DNA of 64,000 nucleotides from Pseudomonadota bacterium. GTDB taxonomy: Bacteria > Pseudomonadota > Gammaproteobacteria > Burkholderiales > SG8-39. Below, piece by piece: positions 18,111-29,357 of this stretch (the stretch's first letter is position 1; every line of letters begins with the position of its first letter). A program made the translations under genes and the position numbers. The stretch spans positions 59,543 to 123,542 of the forward strand of contig JBFMFX010000009.1 in NCBI GenBank assembly GCA_040752005.1, given 5' to 3'. The notes below the pieces were generated by a model. It saw nothing but the letters and a program-made list of their open reading frames with translations, made no database searches and was not told the origin of the DNA.

Positions 18111-19194
18111 CGAGCTCGGCGAGGACGCGCTCGACGGAGATCTCGCGCAGGCAGCGCAGGTGCCCCAGGGGGCAGACGCGCGCAAAGCACGGGCTGCATT
18201 CGAGCCGCAGCCAGAGCACGCGGGCGTTGTCCGACCGGGGCGGGGTGTGCTCCGGGCTGGAGGAGCCGAAGATCGCCACCAGCGGCCGGCCGAACGCCGC
18301 CGCGACGTGCATGAGTCCGGAATCGTTCGCCACCACGAAGCGCGCGCCGGCGATCAGGTCCATCGCCTCGTCGAGCGTGGTCCTTCCCGCCAGATTGAGG
18401 CCGGCGATGCCGGCGCAGGCATCGGCGTCCCTTGCCGAGCCGAGCAGCACCGCCGGAACCGGAAGGCGCGGGGCGAGCTCGGCGAAATACGGCCAGCGCT
18501 TGGCCGGCCCGTATTCGGCACCGGGGCAGAGCACGCAGTAATCGCCCGCAATGCCGAAGCGCCTCGCCGCGCGCGCCATGCCCGCCGGCTCGGCACGCAG
18601 CCTGGGCAGCGGCAGCGGCTCCGCGGCCGCAGCACCCGCCGCATCGGCGAGCGCCGCATAGTGCTCGGCCATCGGCGCACCGCGCGCCCGGTATCGGCGG
18701 TTGAGAAGCCCGTAGCGCGCCTCGCCGGTGTAGCCCGCGCGCACGGGGATCGCCGCGAAGAACGGCACCAGCGCCGACTTCCACGAGTTGGGCAGCACGA
18801 GCGCCAGATCGTAGCCCCGCGCGCGCAGGGCGCGCCCGAGGCGCCAGCGCTCGGCGAGCTGGAGCGCGCCGTGGCGGAAATCCGCCTCGATTACCTCGTC
18901 CAGCTCGGGCATGCGCCGCAGCACCGGCGCTACCCATGGCGGGCCGAGCGCCTCCAGCCGCGCCTGCGGGTGCCTTGCGCGCACTCGCGCAAGCAGCGGC
19001 TGCGCCATCAGCGCGTCGCCGATCCAGTTCGGCGCGACGACGAGAATGCGGCGCAGGCCGGCGACCCCCGGCGGCGGTCTCAGTGCCCGCTCTTCGGCGG
19101 CTCGCCCTTCAGGACGTACTTGGTGCCGCAGTAGGGGCACATCGCCACACCGTGCTTCGCGACGTTGAGAAAGACGCGCGGGTGCAGCGCCCAC
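18085..19194 (-). CDS. waaF: ADP-heptose:LPS heptosyltransferase II
   Basis: ILVVAPNWIGDALMAQPLL...LVLPNSWKSAL...NDSGLMHVAAA is the GT9 heptosyltransferase pattern. The true start is uncertain: the track start overlaps the upstream Zn-finger gene, and I found no clean ATG/GTG after 19080. Confidence 0.85.
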   Translation of the reverse strand: MGAAPARLSQRREARCGDVPLLRHQVRPEGRAAEERALRPPPGVAGLRRILVVAPNWIGDALMAQPLLARVRARHPQARLEALGPPWVAPVLRRMPELDEVIEADFRHGALQLAERWRLGRALRARGYDLALVLPNSWKSALVPFFAAIPVRAGYTGEARYGLLNRRYRARGAPMAEHYAALADAAGAAAAEPLPLPRLRAEPAGMARAARRFGIAGDYCVLCPGAEYGPAKRWPYFAELAPRLPVPAVLLGSARDADACAGIAGLNLAGRTTLDEAMDLIAGARFVVANDSGLMHVAAAFGRPLVAIFGSSSPEHTPPRSDNARVLWLRLECSPCFARVCPLGHLRCLREISVERVLAELENQGQARV

Positions 19195-19286
19195 AGCGGC
19201 GCGCCCGGCCGCGGGCAGTGCAGCGGCAGATCGTTCGCGGTGACCTCGACGACGCGCGTGCCGCCGCGTTCCTCGACGTCGCTCAT
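19080..19286 (-). CDS. Small zinc-finger protein (68 aa)
   Basis: MSDVEERGGTRVVEVTANDLPLHCP...CPYCGTKYVLKG. The ATG at 19286 overlaps the ilvE stop as ATGA. This is the C-terminal end of the spurious 19080..21002 ORF. Confidence 0.7.
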   Translation of the reverse strand: MSDVEERGGTRVVEVTANDLPLHCPRPGAPLWALHPRVFLNVAKHGVAMCPYCGTKYVLKGEPPKSGH

Positions 19287-20257
19287 CGCCTGCGCTTTCC
19301 CATCGGCACCGGCGTGAGCCAGTGCCGGTGCTTGCGGTCCTTGCCGGTGACCACGTCGAAGAACGCCTTCTGCAGCGCCTTGGTCACCGGACCGGCGCGC
19401 CCGGCGCCGATGCGCCGGCCGTCGAGCTCCCGGATCGGGGTGACTTCCGCCGCGGTGCCGGTGAAGAAGCACTCGTCGGCGATGTAGATGTCGTCGCGCG
19501 TCAGGCGCTTGGACTTCACCGTGTAGCCGAGCCCCTCGGCGAGCTCGATCACCGTGGAGCGCGTGATTCCGGTGAGCGCGGAGGTGAGTTCCGGCTCGTA
19601 GATCACGCCGTCCTTGACGATGAAGAGGTTCTCGCCGGCGCCCTCGGCGACGAAGCCCTCGACATCGAGCAGCAACCCCTCGTCGTAGCCGTGCAGGGTC
19701 GCCTCCAGCGTCGCGAGCACCGAGTTGGGATAGGTGCCCGACATCTTCGCGCGCGGCATCGTGACGTTGACGTGGTGCCGCGCCCAGGACGAAGTCTTGA
19801 CGCGGATGCCCTTGGAAAGCGCCTCCGGACCGAGATACGCGCCCCACGGCCAGGCCGCGATCGCCACGTGCACGCGCGCCCCGACCGGCGAGACGCCCAT
19901 CTTCTCCGAGCCGTAGAACGCGATCGGCCGGATGTAGCAGGCCTCGTGGCCGTTGGCGCGCACCGTCTCGATCTGCGCCTCGATCAGCTTTTCGCGCGTG
20001 TACGGGATCTCCATCAGGTAGATGTGCGCGGAGTTGAACAGGCGCTCGGTGTGCTCCTTGAGGCGGAAGATCGCGGTGCCCTGCGCGGTCTTGTAGGCGC
20101 GCAGCCCCTCGAACACCGCCAGGCCGTAGTGCAGCGAATGGGTGAGCACGTGCGTGGTCGCCTCGCGCCACGGCACCAGCCTGCCGTCGTACCAGATCCA
20201 GCCGTCGCGGTCGGCCATCGAGAGCGGCGCCTGTGCCGCCGCCTTTGCCCTTGCCAT
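19283..20257 (-). CDS. ilvE: Branched-chain amino acid aminotransferase
   Basis: MADRDGWIWYDGRLVPWREATTHVLTHSLHYGLAVFEGLRAY..., a class IV aminotransferase. ATG at 20257 with a GGGAGA upstream; the internal ATG at 20218 is an alternative start. Confidence 0.93.
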   Translation of the reverse strand: MARAKAAAQAPLSMADRDGWIWYDGRLVPWREATTHVLTHSLHYGLAVFEGLRAYKTAQGTAIFRLKEHTERLFNSAHIYLMEIPYTREKLIEAQIETVRANGHEACYIRPIAFYGSEKMGVSPVGARVHVAIAAWPWGAYLGPEALSKGIRVKTSSWARHHVNVTMPRAKMSGTYPNSVLATLEATLHGYDEGLLLDVEGFVAEGAGENLFIVKDGVIYEPELTSALTGITRSTVIELAEGLGYTVKSKRLTRDDIYIADECFFTGTAAEVTPIRELDGRRIGAGRAGPVTKALQKAFFDVVTGKDRKHRHWLTPVPMGKRRR

Positions 20258-20309
20258 GAGGATTCGTCTCCCTGAAAGCGAAGCCCCATTCTAACCACGC
20301 CGGCGCCGG

Positions 20310-20648
20310 ATGCGCCATACTATTAACATGAGCGTTAACAATCCGGATCGCGTGTTCGCCGCGCTCGCCTCGGCGCCGCGCCGGCGCATGCTCGCCTCGC
20401 TCGCGCAGAGCGCGCTCTCGACCACCGAGCTCGCCGCGCGCTTCGGCCTGACCGCGCCGGCGGTCTCGCGCCACCTCGCGGTGCTCGCGAACGCGGGGCT
20501 GGTCGCCGCCTCGCGCCAGGGGCAGCGCGTGCTGTATCGCCTCAAGCGCGAGGCGCTCCTCGAGGCGCTGGCGCGCTTCGCCTCGGAAGTGGACGGGCCG
20601 CTGCGGCGCGAGCCGCCGCTCGCGCGTCCGCCGCGCGAGGCGATCTGA
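20310..20648 (+). CDS. ArsR/SmtB-family HTH transcriptional regulator
   Basis: VFAALASAPRRRMLASLAQSALSTTELAARFGLTAPAVSRHLAVLANAGLV. An alternative ATG lies at 20328. Confidence 0.85.
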   Translation: MRHTINMSVNNPDRVFAALASAPRRRMLASLAQSALSTTELAARFGLTAPAVSRHLAVLANAGLVAASRQGQRVLYRLKREALLEALARFASEVDGPLRREPPLARPPREAI

Positions 20649-20657
20649 AGCGCTGCG

Positions 20658-20951
20658 ATGGGCCCGGCGGAGACTTTCCTCGCCACCTTCGCGCTGGTGG
20701 GCGTCGCGCTCGGCGCGGCGGGCGGCGCGGCCTCGGCGCTCGCGGGTTTGAGCCCGGCGAAGTGCTTTGCCGCCGCGCTCGGCCTGCATGTCGGCGCGCT
20801 CGCGCTGCCGGATCTCTCGCAGGTGCTCGGGCCCGGCGACATCGTCGCCGCGATCGTGATCGGACCGCTGCTGGTCTTCGTTCCGCCGGCGGCGGGGTTC
20901 ATCGGCGCGCGCCGGATCCTTGCGGCGCCGCCGAACCCGCCCGAGTCCTAA
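20658..20951 (+). CDS. Hypothetical small membrane protein
   Basis: Hydrophobic, Gly/Ala-rich 97-aa ORF immediately after arsR. No recognisable motif. Confidence 0.35.
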   Translation: MGPAETFLATFALVGVALGAAGGAASALAGLSPAKCFAAALGLHVGALALPDLSQVLGPGDIVAAIVIGPLLVFVPPAAGFIGARRILAAPPNPPES

Positions 20952-23455
20952 TCGCCGAGCACCGCGTGCCACAGCTCGCGCACGGCCTCGGCGTGCGCGC
21001 ACACCCGATCGAGCGGCACGCGGGCGTACTTTTCGCCGGCAAGGCGCAGCGCGTGCTGCAGGCGGCGGAACTCGCGGTAGGCGGTGCGGCAGCGCTCGGC
21101 AAGCGCCGGCTCGATCAGACCGAGCTCGGCGGCGATGCCGAGCAGCGCGATGTTGCCGAGGTTGCCGGTGAGGCGCGGATGGCGGTGCGCGTGCGCGAGC
21201 ACCAGGTACTGGACCACGAACTCGATGTCTATCATGCCGCCGGCGTCGTGCTTGAGGTCGAACAGGCCCGAGCGGTTCGGGTGCGCGGCGTGGATTCTCT
21301 CGCGCATCGCGCGCACCTCGCGCGCGAGCGCGGCCGGGTCGCGTTCGCGGGTGAGAATGCGCACGCGGAGGTCCTCGAACCGGGCGCCGATCTCGCGGTC
21401 TCCGGCGCAGTAGCGCGCGCGGGTGAGCGCCTGGTGCTCCCAGACCCAGGCCGATTCCTGCTGATATCTTTCGAAGCCGGCGAGCGAGGACACCAGCAGC
21501 CCCTTGGAGCCGGAGGGCCGCAGCGCTAGGTCGGTCTCGAAGAGCCGGCCCGAGGCGGTGCTCGCGGTGAGCCAGATGTTCAGGCGCTGCGCAAGGCGCA
21601 CGTAGTTTTCCTCGGCGCGCTCGTGCGGGTCGTCATACAGAAACACCATGTCGAGATCGGACGCGTAGCCCAGTTCCTTGCCGCCGAGCTTGCCGTAGCC
21701 GATGATGGCGAAGCGCGGCGCGTCGCGGTGGCGGTTCTTCACCTCGCGCCAGGCGCATTCGAGAGCGACGCCGAGCACGCGGTCGGCGAGTTCGGACAGA
21801 TGATCGGCCAGGCGCTCGACGGTGAGCAGGCCGGCGAGGTCCTGCGCGAGCAGCCGGAAGACCTGCGCCTGATGGTGCTCGCGCAGCACGTTCATCTGCC
21901 GCTCAGTGTCGCCGGCGGCGGCGGCGATCGCGGCGCGCAGCGACCGTTCGAACGCCTCCCAGTCGGGCGCGGCGTAGAGCACGCGGTCGTCGAGCAGCTC
22001 GTCAAGCAGCAGCGGATGCCGGGTGACGTATTCCGCCGCCCACGGCGAGGCGCCGATGATGCGCGCGACGCGCTCGAGCGCCTGCGGGTGCTCGGCGAGT
22101 AGCGCCAGGTAGGACGCGCGCCGCGCCACCGCCTCGATGAGATCAATGCCGCGCGCCACGGTCTGTTGCGGATCCGCCGTCGCCTGCGCGGCGCGCGCGA
22201 GCAGCGGCACGAGCACGTCCACGCGGCGGCGCGAATCGTCCGGAAGCTGCGCGTAGCGCTGGCTGCGGCGCAGGGCCTCGGCGCGCGGATGCTCGGGCCA
22301 GGGCGCTTCGGCCTCGGCCGGCTCCCCGCCCAGCACCTCGCGGAAATGCCGCGTCACGGCGTCGCGGTGGCGGGCGAGTTCCGCGGCGAGCGCATTCCAG
22401 TCCGCGCAGGCCATCATGCGCGCCACGCGGGCGCGGTCCTCGTCGTTCTCGGGCAGCCGGTGGCGCTGCGCGTCGTCGAGGTACTGCAGCCGGTGCTCCA
22501 GGCGCCGCAGGAACACGTAGGCGATCGCAAGCTCGCGCACCGCCTCCGACGGCAGCAGCCCGCGCTCGCCGAGCAGCGCGAGCGCCGCGAGCGTCGGGCG
22601 CACCGCGAGCGCCGGATCGCGCCCGCCGCGGATGAGCTGGAGCACCTGCGCCACGAACTCGATCTCGCGGATTCCGCCCGGGCCGAGCTTGATGTCCTCG
22701 GCGAGATCGCGCCGCTCGACCTCGCGCCGCACCTCGGCGTGCAGCCGGCGCATCGCCGCGAGCATCGCGTAGTCGAGATACTTGCGATACACGAACGGGC
22801 GCACGATCGCCGCGAGCGCCTCGTGCCTCGCGCCGCTCAGCGGACGCGCCTTGATCCAGGCGTAGCGCTCCCAGTCGCGCCCCTGGGTGAGGAAGTACGC
22901 CTCCAGCGCGTCGAAGCTCGTCACCAGCGGTCCGGAGTTCCCGTACGGGCGCAGCCGCATGTCCACCCGGAAAGCGAAGCCGTCCTCGGTGACATCGTTG
23001 AGCAGCGCGATCAGCCTGCGCGCGGCGCGGTCGAGCCGCTCGGGCTCGGCGCCGTCGGGATGCACGAACACCAGATCCACGTCGGAGGAGACGTTGAGCT
23101 CGCGACCGCCGAGCTTTCCCATCGCGACGACGATCAGGTCGGTGCAGCCGAGCCATTCGAGCGCGACGCGGATCTCCTGCTCGGCGAGCTCGCTCATCGT
23201 CGCGCAGACCTCGTGCAGATCGGCCTCGCCCGCGAGGTCGCGCGCCAGCACGCGCAGGAACACGCGCTGGCGCAGCCTGCGCAGGCGCCGTCGCAGCGCC
23301 GTCTCGTCGTCGCCGGCCGCGCCCGCCACCGCCGCGGCGATCTCGGCCGGCGTGAAAGGCCCGGTGGCGCTGAGCTCGGAGGCCAGTTCGGGGCGCGCCG
23401 AAAGCATTCGTTGCGCCGCGCGCGAAAGCTCGATTTTCCGAAGCGGATCCGACAT
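20948..23455 (-). CDS. glnE: Glutamine synthetase adenylyltransferase / adenylyl-removing enzyme
   Basis: Two NTase-type repeats are present (GKLGGRELNVSSDVDLVFV and YGKLGGKELGYASDLDMVFL) with GlnE linker regions. Confidence 0.92.
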   Translation of the reverse strand: MSDPLRKIELSRAAQRMLSARPELASELSATGPFTPAEIAAAVAGAAGDDETALRRRLRRLRQRVFLRVLARDLAGEADLHEVCATMSELAEQEIRVALEWLGCTDLIVVAMGKLGGRELNVSSDVDLVFVHPDGAEPERLDRAARRLIALLNDVTEDGFAFRVDMRLRPYGNSGPLVTSFDALEAYFLTQGRDWERYAWIKARPLSGARHEALAAIVRPFVYRKYLDYAMLAAMRRLHAEVRREVERRDLAEDIKLGPGGIREIEFVAQVLQLIRGGRDPALAVRPTLAALALLGERGLLPSEAVRELAIAYVFLRRLEHRLQYLDDAQRHRLPENDEDRARVARMMACADWNALAAELARHRDAVTRHFREVLGGEPAEAEAPWPEHPRAEALRRSQRYAQLPDDSRRRVDVLVPLLARAAQATADPQQTVARGIDLIEAVARRASYLALLAEHPQALERVARIIGASPWAAEYVTRHPLLLDELLDDRVLYAAPDWEAFERSLRAAIAAAAGDTERQMNVLREHHQAQVFRLLAQDLAGLLTVERLADHLSELADRVLGVALECAWREVKNRHRDAPRFAIIGYGKLGGKELGYASDLDMVFLYDDPHERAEENYVRLAQRLNIWLTASTASGRLFETDLALRPSGSKGLLVSSLAGFERYQQESAWVWEHQALTRARYCAGDREIGARFEDLRVRILTRERDPAALAREVRAMRERIHAAHPNRSGLFDLKHDAGGMIDIEFVVQYLVLAHAHRHPRLTGNLGNIALLGIAAELGLIEPALAERCRTAYREFRRLQHALRLAGEKYARVPLDRVCAHAEAVRELWHAVLGD

Positions 23456-23549
23456 TTACGGATAGAATGCCGGTGGCTGCGGCGCTTGCTGCGCCGGAAC
23501 GTTGTCCCGTCCCTGCTGCCTCAAGGAGAGAGGGACTCTCGAACTCCGC

Positions 23550-26500
23550 ATGCGCATCATCATCAAACGTCTCCTGCTCGTGCTTGAGGCGCTCGCGTGG
23601 GCGGTGTTCTTCGCGTTCGCGCTGACGATCCTCGCGCTGCGCTACTGGGTGCTGCCCGACATCGAGCGATGGCGCGAGGATATCGTGGCCGAGCTTTCGC
23701 GCACGATCGGGCTGCCGGTCAGGATCGGGGCGATCGAAACCGACTGGGCCGGCCTCGCGCCACGGATTCTCATCTCCGATGTGCGCCTGTACGACCGCGA
23801 CGGTCGCGAGGCGCTGGTGCTGCCGGAAGTCGAGAACGTGGTGTCCTGGCGCTCGCTCGCGGCACGGGAGCTGCGGCTTGCCTCGTTCGTCGTCGAAGGC
23901 CCGCGGCTCGCGATCCGGCGCGACGCGAAAGGCGCGATCACGGTCGGCGGGATCGAGGTTTCGGGCGACGAGGGCGGTCGCTTCTCCGAATGGGTCCTCG
24001 GCCAGAGCGAGATCGTGATCCGCGATGCCGTGGTGACCTGGACCGACGAGATGCGCGGCGCGCCGCCGCTCGCGCTGCAGTCGCTCAATTTCCGCCTGCG
24101 CAACGACGGCGAACGGCACGCGATCGGCCTGAGCGCGCGCCCGCCGCGGCACCTCGGGCCGGGCGTGGAGCTGCGCGCCGAACTGTTCGGGCGCAGCCTC
24201 GCCGAGCTCGCCGAATGGAACGGCCGGCTCTACGCGGAGCTGGGCTACACCGATCTCGCCGGCTGGCGCGCCTGGGTGGATTATCCGCTCGAAGTGCGCT
24301 CGGGCAAGGGGGCGCTGCGGCTGTGGGCGACGCTCGAGGCCGGTCGGCTTGTGCGCGCGACCGCGGACGTCGCGCTCTCGGACGTGGCGGCGCGCCTCGG
24401 CGCGGACCTGCCGCTGCTGGAGATCACGAGCGTCCGCGGCCGGCTTCACGGGCGCACCGCGGGCCGCGGCTACGAATTCGGCGCGCGCAACCTCGTGCTT
24501 GCGGCGCCGCAGGCGCCGGCGATGAACGCGGGCAGCGTCCGGCTGCTCTGGGAGCCGGCCGACGGTACCCGGCCGCAGAGCGGCTCGTTCAGCGCGAACC
24601 TGCTGGCGCTCGAGCCCCTTGCCCACCTCGCCGAGTTCCTGCCGCTGCCGCCGGACGTGCGCAAGCTGCTCGCGGACCTGGCGCCGCGCGGCAACCTGCT
24701 CGATGCGCGCCTGGACTGGACCGGGGAGCTGCCGGATCGCGCCACCTACAGCGCGCGCGTGCGCTTTGCGGAGCTTGGAGCGAGGGCGTGGGCGGACGTG
24801 CCGGGATTCGCCGGGCTGTCCGGAAGCCTGGAAGCGAACGAGAGAAAGGGCACGCTCTATCTGGCCTCGCAGAAGGCCGAGATCAGTCTGCCGCGAGTAT
24901 TTCCGGAGCCGCACTTGCGGTTCGATTCGCTCGTCGGAGAGATCGGCTGGGACCACGAACCCGGCGGCGCGCTCGTGGTGCGCATCGCGAGCCTCAGCTT
25001 CGCCAACCCCGATCTGGCCGGCTCGGTTTACGGGAACTGGCGGCGCGCGCCGCAAGGACCGGGCGCGGTGGATCTGACGGCGCAGCTGGTGCGCGCCGAC
25101 GGTCGCGCCACGGCGCGCTATCTGCCGCTCGCCTCCCTCATGGGCGCGCAGACGCGGCGCTGGGTGGAGACCTCGGTTCTCGCCGGAACGGTGAAGGAGG
25201 CGCGGTTGCGCCTGAGCGGCGATCTGCGCCATTTTCCCTTCACCGACGCCGCCAAGGGGCAGTTCCAGGTCGCGGCGAAAGTTTCGGGCGGCGTGCTCGA
25301 CTACGCCGACGGCTGGCCGCGCATCGAGGCGATCGAGGCCGATCTCCTGTTCGAGCGCGACCGCATGGAGATCGCCGCGCGCTCGGGCGCGATCCTCGGC
25401 GCGCGCCTGAGCGGCGTGCGCGCCAGCATCCCGAGCATGCTCGCGCGCGAGACGCACCTGATCGTGGACGGCCTGGCCGAGGGCCCGACCGCGGAGTTCC
25501 TGCGCTACATCCAGGCGAGTCCCGTCCGGCGAATGGTGGACGGCATCACCGACGGCATCAGCGCGACCGGGCGCGGCCGCCTGCGCCTGCGGCTGGACCT
25601 GCCTCTGGAGAATCTCGATCGCACCCGGGTCGCGGGCGAATATCAGTTCGCCGGGAACACGATCACCGTGGATCCGCGCCTGCCGCCGCTCGCCGCCGCC
25701 AGCGGCAAGGTCGCCTTCACCGAGTCCTCGCTTGCGGTGCAGGACGTGCGCGCGATGCTGTTCGGTGGCCCGGTGACGATCTCCGGCGGCGGCCGCTCCG
25801 GCGAGCCGACCTCGATCGTCGCGCGCGGCCGCGGCAGCGTGGAGGGTTTCGCCACGCTGTTCGACCATCCGTGGCGCCGGCGCCTGTCGGGCACCGCCGA
25901 TTACACCGCGACGGTAACGATGGTCGAAGGCCGACCCCGGTTTTCCTTCGAGTCGCCGCTGCAGGGGATCACGAGCGCGCTGCCGCCGCCGCTCGCCAAA
26001 CGCGCGGCCGACCCGCTGCCGCTGCGGGTGGAAGTGACGCCGGGCGAGGGTCGCGAGCGAGTCTCGCTCGCCCTCGGGCCGCCCGGCGGGCGCATCGTCG
26101 CGGCGGAATTCCTGCGCGCCGCCGGGCCGCGCGGCGCGATGCAGACGCAACGGGCGCTGGTGCTGCTCAATCCGGCCGCCGGCGTAGAGACGCGGATCCC
26201 GGAGCGGCGCGGAATCACGGTGCGCGGCGCGCTGCCTGCGCTCGACCTGGACCGCTGGCTGCCGCTGCTTGCGGAAGAAGGCGGGCTGGAAGAGGGCGGC
26301 ACCAGCTTCGATCTGCGTGTCGGCATCCTGGACGCCTTCGGCAAGCGCATGCGCGAGGTGGCGATGAAGGGCGCGACCGAAGCGGGCGGCTGGTCGGCGA
26401 GCGTCGCGAGCGCCGAGCTGGCCGGGGACCTGCTTTATCGCGCCGAGGGCGGCGGGCGCCTGATCGCGCGCCTGAAGCACTTCACGCTGCCGGAGGATGC

Positions 26501-27386
26501 GCCGGGCGCCAAACCCGCCGAGGGGCAGAAGTCGCTGCCGGCGGTGGACGCGGTCGTCGAGAGCTTCAACCACCGCGGCCGCAAGCTCGGGCGCGTCGAG
26601 GTCGCCGCGCGCCTGGAGGGCGCGGATTGGCGCGTCGAGAAGCTCGCCATGGTCAACCCCGACTCGTCGCTCTCGGGCAAGGGCATCTGGCACACCGGCG
26701 CCGGCTCGCGCACGGCGGTCGAATTCACGCTCGACGTCGCCGATCTCGGCCGGCTGCTCGAGCGGCTCGGCTATCCGGAACAGGTGAAAGGCGGTCGCGG
26801 CCGGCTCCACGGCAAGCTCGAGTGGAAGGGCGACCCGGTGCTGCTCGACTACGCGACGCTCGCCGGGCAGTTGCAGATGGAGGTGCAGGACGGCCAGTTT
26901 CTCGAGATCGAGCCCGGCATCGGCAAGCTCGTCGCCCTGATGAGCCTGCAGATGCTGCCGCGGCGCATCGCGCTCGATTTCCGCGACGTGTTTTCCAAGG
27001 GATTCAAGTTCGACACCATCTCGGCGAGCCTGGCGATCGAGCGCGGCGTCATGACGACGAACGATTTCCGCATGCGTGGCCCGGCGGCCGAGGTGACCAT
27101 GAGCGGGCTGGTGGATCTCAACCTCGAGGCGCAGAACCTGCACGTGCGCGTGGTACCGCGCATGGAAGGGGTGGCCTCCACCGTGGTGGGCCTGGTCAAT
27201 CCGGCGGCCGGCGTGGCGACGATGCTCGCGCAGAGGATCCTGAAGGATCCGCTGGGACAGATCGCGGCCTCCGAGTACCGCATCACCGGCACATGGTCCG
27301 ACCCGAAGGTCGAGCCGGTGCGTCCGCCGGAGGCGCCGTCGCCGGCGAACGAGGACCCGTCGCGGCCGGCCGCGCCCGGAGGCTGA
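23550..27386 (+). CDS. YhdP/AsmA-like large envelope protein (TIGR02099-type)
   Basis: An N-terminal TM segment ([30 protein letters not shown]) is followed by a long beta-rich body and a C-terminal AsmA2-like end ([23 protein letters not shown]). It sits next to glnE and tldD. The track start at 23502 is a TTG. Confidence 0.8.
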   Translation: MRIIIKRLLLVLEALAWAVFFAFALTILALRYWVLPDIERWREDIVAELSRTIGLPVRIGAIETDWAGLAPRILISDVRLYDRDGREALVLPEVENVVSWRSLAARELRLASFVVEGPRLAIRRDAKGAITVGGIEVSGDEGGRFSEWVLGQSEIVIRDAVVTWTDEMRGAPPLALQSLNFRLRNDGERHAIGLSARPPRHLGPGVELRAELFGRSLAELAEWNGRLYAELGYTDLAGWRAWVDYPLEVRSGKGALRLWATLEAGRLVRATADVALSDVAARLGADLPLLEITSVRGRLHGRTAGRGYEFGARNLVLAAPQAPAMNAGSVRLLWEPADGTRPQSGSFSANLLALEPLAHLAEFLPLPPDVRKLLADLAPRGNLLDARLDWTGELPDRATYSARVRFAELGARAWADVPGFAGLSGSLEANERKGTLYLASQKAEISLPRVFPEPHLRFDSLVGEIGWDHEPGGALVVRIASLSFANPDLAGSVYGNWRRAPQGPGAVDLTAQLVRADGRATARYLPLASLMGAQTRRWVETSVLAGTVKEARLRLSGDLRHFPFTDAAKGQFQVAAKVSGGVLDYADGWPRIEAIEADLLFERDRMEIAARSGAILGARLSGVRASIPSMLARETHLIVDGLAEGPTAEFLRYIQASPVRRMVDGITDGISATGRGRLRLRLDLPLENLDRTRVAGEYQFAGNTITVDPRLPPLAAASGKVAFTESSLAVQDVRAMLFGGPVTISGGGRSGEPTSIVARGRGSVEGFATLFDHPWRRRLSGTADYTATVTMVEGRPRFSFESPLQGITSALPPPLAKRAADPLPLRVEVTPGEGRERVSLALGPPGGRIVAAEFLRAAGPRGAMQTQRALVLLNPAAGVETRIPERRGITVRGALPALDLDRWLPLLAEEGGLEEGGTSFDLRVGILDAFGKRMREVAMKGATEAGGWSASVASAELAGDLLYRAEGGGRLIARLKHFTLPEDAPGAKPAEGQKSLPAVDAVVESFNHRGRKLGRVEVAARLEGADWRVEKLAMVNPDSSLSGKGIWHTGAGSRTAVEFTLDVADLGRLLERLGYPEQVKGGRGRLHGKLEWKGDPVLLDYATLAGQLQMEVQDGQFLEIEPGIGKLVALMSLQMLPRRIALDFRDVFSKGFKFDTISASLAIERGVMTTNDFRMRGPAAEVTMSGLVDLNLEAQNLHVRVVPRMEGVASTVVGLVNPAAGVATMLAQRILKDPLGQIAASEYRITGTWSDPKVEPVRPPEAPSPANEDPSRPAAPGG

Positions 27387-27417
27387 GACGGGCCAGGAAA
27401 CGGAGGAAAATGGAGCC

Positions 27418-28860
27418 ATGAAAACCGACGTTGCGCTCGCCGCCGCCGAGCAGTGCCTGCTGGCGCCGAACGAGCTGGGAACCGGCGATCTGGAAGCGGT
27501 GTTCGGCACGCTCGCCTCGCGCCGGCTGGACTGGGCGGACCTGTACTTCCAGTACGTGCGCTCCGAGAGCTGGAGCCTGGAGGAGGGCATCGTCAAGTCC
27601 GGCAGCTTCAACATCGAGCAGGGCGTGGGCGTGCGCGCGATCGCCGGGGAAAAGACTGCGTTCGCGTACTCGGACGACATCAGTGTTCGTGCGCTCGCCG
27701 ACGCCGCGCGCGCGGCGCGCGCGATCGCCGCCTCCGGCGGCGGGAGGAAGACGCACGTGGCGCGCCGGCAGCGCGCCGTGCGGCGCTACGCGCCGCTCGA
27801 TCCGCTCGCCTCGCTCGCCGCCGAACAAAAGGTCGCGCTTCTGGAGCGCCTGGAGCGCAAGTGCCGCGCGCTCGACCCGCGCGTCGTGCAGGTGATGGCG
27901 AGCCTCTCGGGCTGGTACGAGGTGGTGCTGATCGCGCGCTCCGACGGCGTGCTCGCCGCCGACGTCAGGCCGCTCGTGCGCCTGTCGCTGCAGGTGATTG
28001 CCGAGGCGAACGGCCGGCGCGAAACCGGAGTCGCCGGCGGCGGCGGCCGCACCGATTACGGCCACTTCACCGACGCCGTTCTCGACGAGTATGCGCGGCG
28101 CGCGGTGGCGCAGGCGCTCGTCAATCTCGAGGCGGTGCCGGCGCCCGCCGGTACGATGACGGTGGTGCTCGGGCCGGGCTGGCCGGGGATCCTGCTGCAC
28201 GAGGCGGTCGGACACGGGCTGGAGGGCGATTTCAATCGCAAGGGCAGCTCGGCGTTCGCCGGGCGGCTGGGCGAGCGCGTCGCCGCCCCCGGCGTCACCG
28301 TGGTGGACGACGGCACGCTCGCCGGGCGGCGCGGCTCGCTCACGGTGGACGACGAAGGCAATCCGACGCGCCGGACGGTGCTCATCGAGGACGGGATCCT
28401 GCGCGGCTACATGCAGGACAGCCTCAACGCGCGCCTGATGAAGATGCCGCTCACCGGCAACGGCCGGCGCGAGTCGTTCGCGCATCTGGTGCTGCCGCGC
28501 ATGACCAACACCTACATGCTCGCCGGGCGGCACGACCCGCAGGAGATCATCGCGAGCGTCGGCAAGGGCCTGTACGCGGTGAGCTTCGGCGGCGGCCAGG
28601 TGGACATCACCAACGGCAAGTTCGTGTTCTCGGCCTCGGAGGCCTACCTGATCGAGGACGGCAAGGTGACGCGGCCGGTGAAGGGCGCCACGCTGATCGG
28701 CAACGGCCCGGACGTGCTCACGCGCGTGACGATGATCGGCAACGATCTCGCTCTCGATCCGGGCATCGGCACCTGCGGCAAGGACGGCCAGAGTGTGCCG
28801 GTCGGGGTCGGGCAGCCGACCCTGCGCGTGGACGGTCTGACGGTGGGAGGAACCGCGTAG
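27418..28860 (+). CDS. tldD: Metalloprotease TldD
   Basis: [20 protein letters not shown] is a hallmark of the TldD/PmbA family, and the length is typical. Confidence 0.93.
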   Translation: MKTDVALAAAEQCLLAPNELGTGDLEAVFGTLASRRLDWADLYFQYVRSESWSLEEGIVKSGSFNIEQGVGVRAIAGEKTAFAYSDDISVRALADAARAARAIAASGGGRKTHVARRQRAVRRYAPLDPLASLAAEQKVALLERLERKCRALDPRVVQVMASLSGWYEVVLIARSDGVLAADVRPLVRLSLQVIAEANGRRETGVAGGGGRTDYGHFTDAVLDEYARRAVAQALVNLEAVPAPAGTMTVVLGPGWPGILLHEAVGHGLEGDFNRKGSSAFAGRLGERVAAPGVTVVDDGTLAGRRGSLTVDDEGNPTRRTVLIEDGILRGYMQDSLNARLMKMPLTGNGRRESFAHLVLPRMTNTYMLAGRHDPQEIIASVGKGLYAVSFGGGQVDITNGKFVFSASEAYLIEDGKVTRPVKGATLIGNGPDVLTRVTMIGNDLALDPGIGTCGKDGQSVPVGVGQPTLRVDGLTVGGTA

Positions 28861-28877
28861 CGACGAAGGAGGAGGGC

Positions 28878-29357
28878 ATGGCGGACAAGGTGAAGCATTG
28901 CGCGCATTGCAGCAACGTGATGGAGCCGGCGCAGCTCGATCGGCTCTCGGCGGGCGAGCCTCCGCTCAGAGTGAGCATGCTCGGTTTTCCGCTCCTGAAA
29001 TGCGTCAAGGGGCACGCGGCGCCAGTGCACCGCGACTTCATGGTCTGGCTGCTGCGCACCCTGCGCGAGCGAGCCGCCGCCGAAATCCCCGGCGGCGAGG
29101 CGAAGGGCCTGCTGTTCAAGAAGTACTACTGCGCCTGCGGCGCGCAGCTTCCGGCCACGCCCGGGCGCGACGGCGCCTTTACGCTGGAGATCGCCTTCGA
29201 GGGGGTGCCGGCATTCAAGGCCGAGATCGTGACGCCCCTGTACCAGTGCCCGTCCTGCGGCAAGGAACAGGCGCGCTCGGCGGCGGAGCTCGCCGCCAAG
29301 GTGCCGGAGACGATCACCGTGCTAAACGACGCAGCCGGCTTTCCTCACAGCGGCTGA
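28878..29357 (+). CDS. Hypothetical Cys-rich (zinc-ribbon-like) protein, 159 aa
   Basis: AAGGAGGAGGG lies upstream of the ATG at 28878. Cys pairs are HCAHCS, YCACG and QCPSCG. Its stop overlaps the next gene's start as TGATG. Confidence 0.6.
   Translation: MADKVKHCAHCSNVMEPAQLDRLSAGEPPLRVSMLGFPLLKCVKGHAAPVHRDFMVWLLRTLRERAAAEIPGGEAKGLLFKKYYCACGAQLPATPGRDGAFTLEIAFEGVPAFKAEIVTPLYQCPSCGKEQARSAAELAAKVPETITVLNDAAGFPHSG

Noticed and set aside
20319-20340. ATTAACatgagcGTTAAC near the arsR start, considered as an ArsR operator.
   Set aside because: The inverted repeat is only 5-6 bp and imperfect, and it overlaps the coding start. That is too weak to call from sequence alone.
22143-27680. An 1845-aa minus-strand ORF, the longest in the track.
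   Set aside because: It is antisense to the yhdP-like gene and to part of glnE and tldD. Its composition is dominated by Arg/Ala/Gly/Pro/His, with no recognisable domain. The plus-strand frame has a clear TM anchor and an AsmA-like C-terminus.
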